DNA of 62,893 nucleotides, counting the filler, from Phoronis australis (taxonomy: Eukaryota > Animalia > Phoronida): the NCBI GenBank assembly GCA_002633005.1. It is 6 parts of 6 records of this genome, joined end to end, with 100 filler letters (N's around TTAATTAATTAA, not from the genome) between each part and the next. Parts side by side here need not be neighbours in the genome. Positions count along the whole stretch, not along the records: positions 61,076 to 62,893 come from NMRA01000395.1; 5 more parts are not named here. One strand, given 5' to 3'. How positions within the stretch are numbered: the first letter of the stretch is position 1; each line of letters begins with the position of its first letter. The notes below the pieces were generated by a model. The model did no database searches and was not told the DNA's origin. It saw only the letters and a list, made by a program, of their open reading frames with translations. Of this stretch, positions 61,973-62,893 are shown piece by piece. A program made the translations under genes and the position numbers.

Positions 61973-62100
61973 TGTGTACATAGTGACAGCGCTGATATGC
62001 GCCTACTGTGTACATAGTGACAGCGCTGATATGCGCCTACTGTGTACATAGTGACAGCGCTGATATGCGCCTACTGTGTACATAGTGACAGCGCTGATAT
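61973..62100. repeat. 34-bp minisatellite x~3.8
   Basis: TGTGTACATAGTGACAGCGCTGATATGCGCCTAC repeated perfectly. Confidence 0.95.
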
Positions 62101-62893
62101 ACACGATGATGACCAAATATATGAATACAGTGCATGCAAGAACTTTTAGTTATTTACCTTATTGATGAAGAATTTTAAAAGTTTCCCTTTATATCCGTGG
62201 ACGAAAAATTGCAAGTTTTTCTTTTCTCCCGACATCTTGAAAGCGGCGTTGATCGAGCAGTCGTCGAGCTACATGTACAACTGCCTTCGGTGTCAACAGG
62301 AAATTTTAGTTGTTGTGCTGACTGGAATTTCCCAAACTTGAGTTGCCCTGCCTGGATTTTCCCAAAAGTTATTTTTGCTGTTCTCAGTTTACACAGTCAT
62401 CAGACATGGGAGTTTTTGATGTACTCGAACTTGCGGGAAATTTTACAACATACATATAGATTGAATTGATAGAAGTGAACTTCTGAATAGGTGCATCGAC
62501 CGTCGATGAGTTACGAAATGTCCACTAAACGGTAAGTTTTTCAGACACGTTTTTTTACTTGATTTAAACATTGCACTGTTAGCATTTCTATGGACTAATT
62601 GTTACATGTACTATGCGTTGAAGAAGTTTGATTCTAGGTCACTTAAAGGGTCAAAGATTTTGCGTCTTTACTGAGATTCCTTGTTTAAAAATCTCAGCTT
62701 TCTCGAAACAGTCATAGGCCTACTCTTACCGTAGAAAATTCCCAAAAATTTCAAGACAGCCTATCTCAATGAATGAAAGTCCTCTCAATCTTTAAGAGAG
62801 ATATGGACATGCTCTCTACTTTTAAGATTAATGTTCGAGTGTACTAAAACAGTTGAAGGGGTCGAAATCTCGTAATAACATATCAGTTGAAGG

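Noticed and set aside
61714-62015. ORFs with repeated LNKYNN or CTLLYLFSV peptides
   Set aside because: Translation of a 30-bp intronic minisatellite

Overview
Eukaryotic (metazoan, probably marine invertebrate; taxon inferred) draft-assembly DNA. It is not one contiguous locus: five identical 100-bp spacers (44 N + TTAATTAATTAA + 44 N) split it into six segments. Segment A (1-30634) is dominated by an inactivated Helentron-type rolling-circle transposon. Its roughly 2600-codon frame (10282-18130, +) runs basic 21-aa repeats, Cys-rich region, HUH Rep, PIF1 helicase, AP-type endonuclease and a Ulp1/SENP-like (C48) cysteine protease. A 2.2-kb 38-bp tandem array precedes it. Two intact orphan ORFs follow on the same strand: a coiled-coil ORF and a coiled-coil + SGNH hydrolase + CCHC-knuckle ORF, with no reverse transcriptase nearby. 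The RepHel ORF, both orphan ORFs and a short upstream ORF each start exactly one base after a 3' splice-acceptor-like site. The best candidate for a new system is therefore a giant multi-ORF Helentron carrying SUMO-protease and Gag/ORF1-like esterase cargo; its termini were not found, so this is inference. Segment B holds 8 coding exons of ACTR6 (ARP6) on the minus strand and an intronless class A GPCR on the opposite strand, probably within an intron. Later segments carry isolated exons (SEC14L-like, possibly STK36-like, HECT E3 ligase), a decayed L2/CR1 LINE and many nested MITEs. All alignments were done by eye and no database searches were run; repeat boundaries are approximate.
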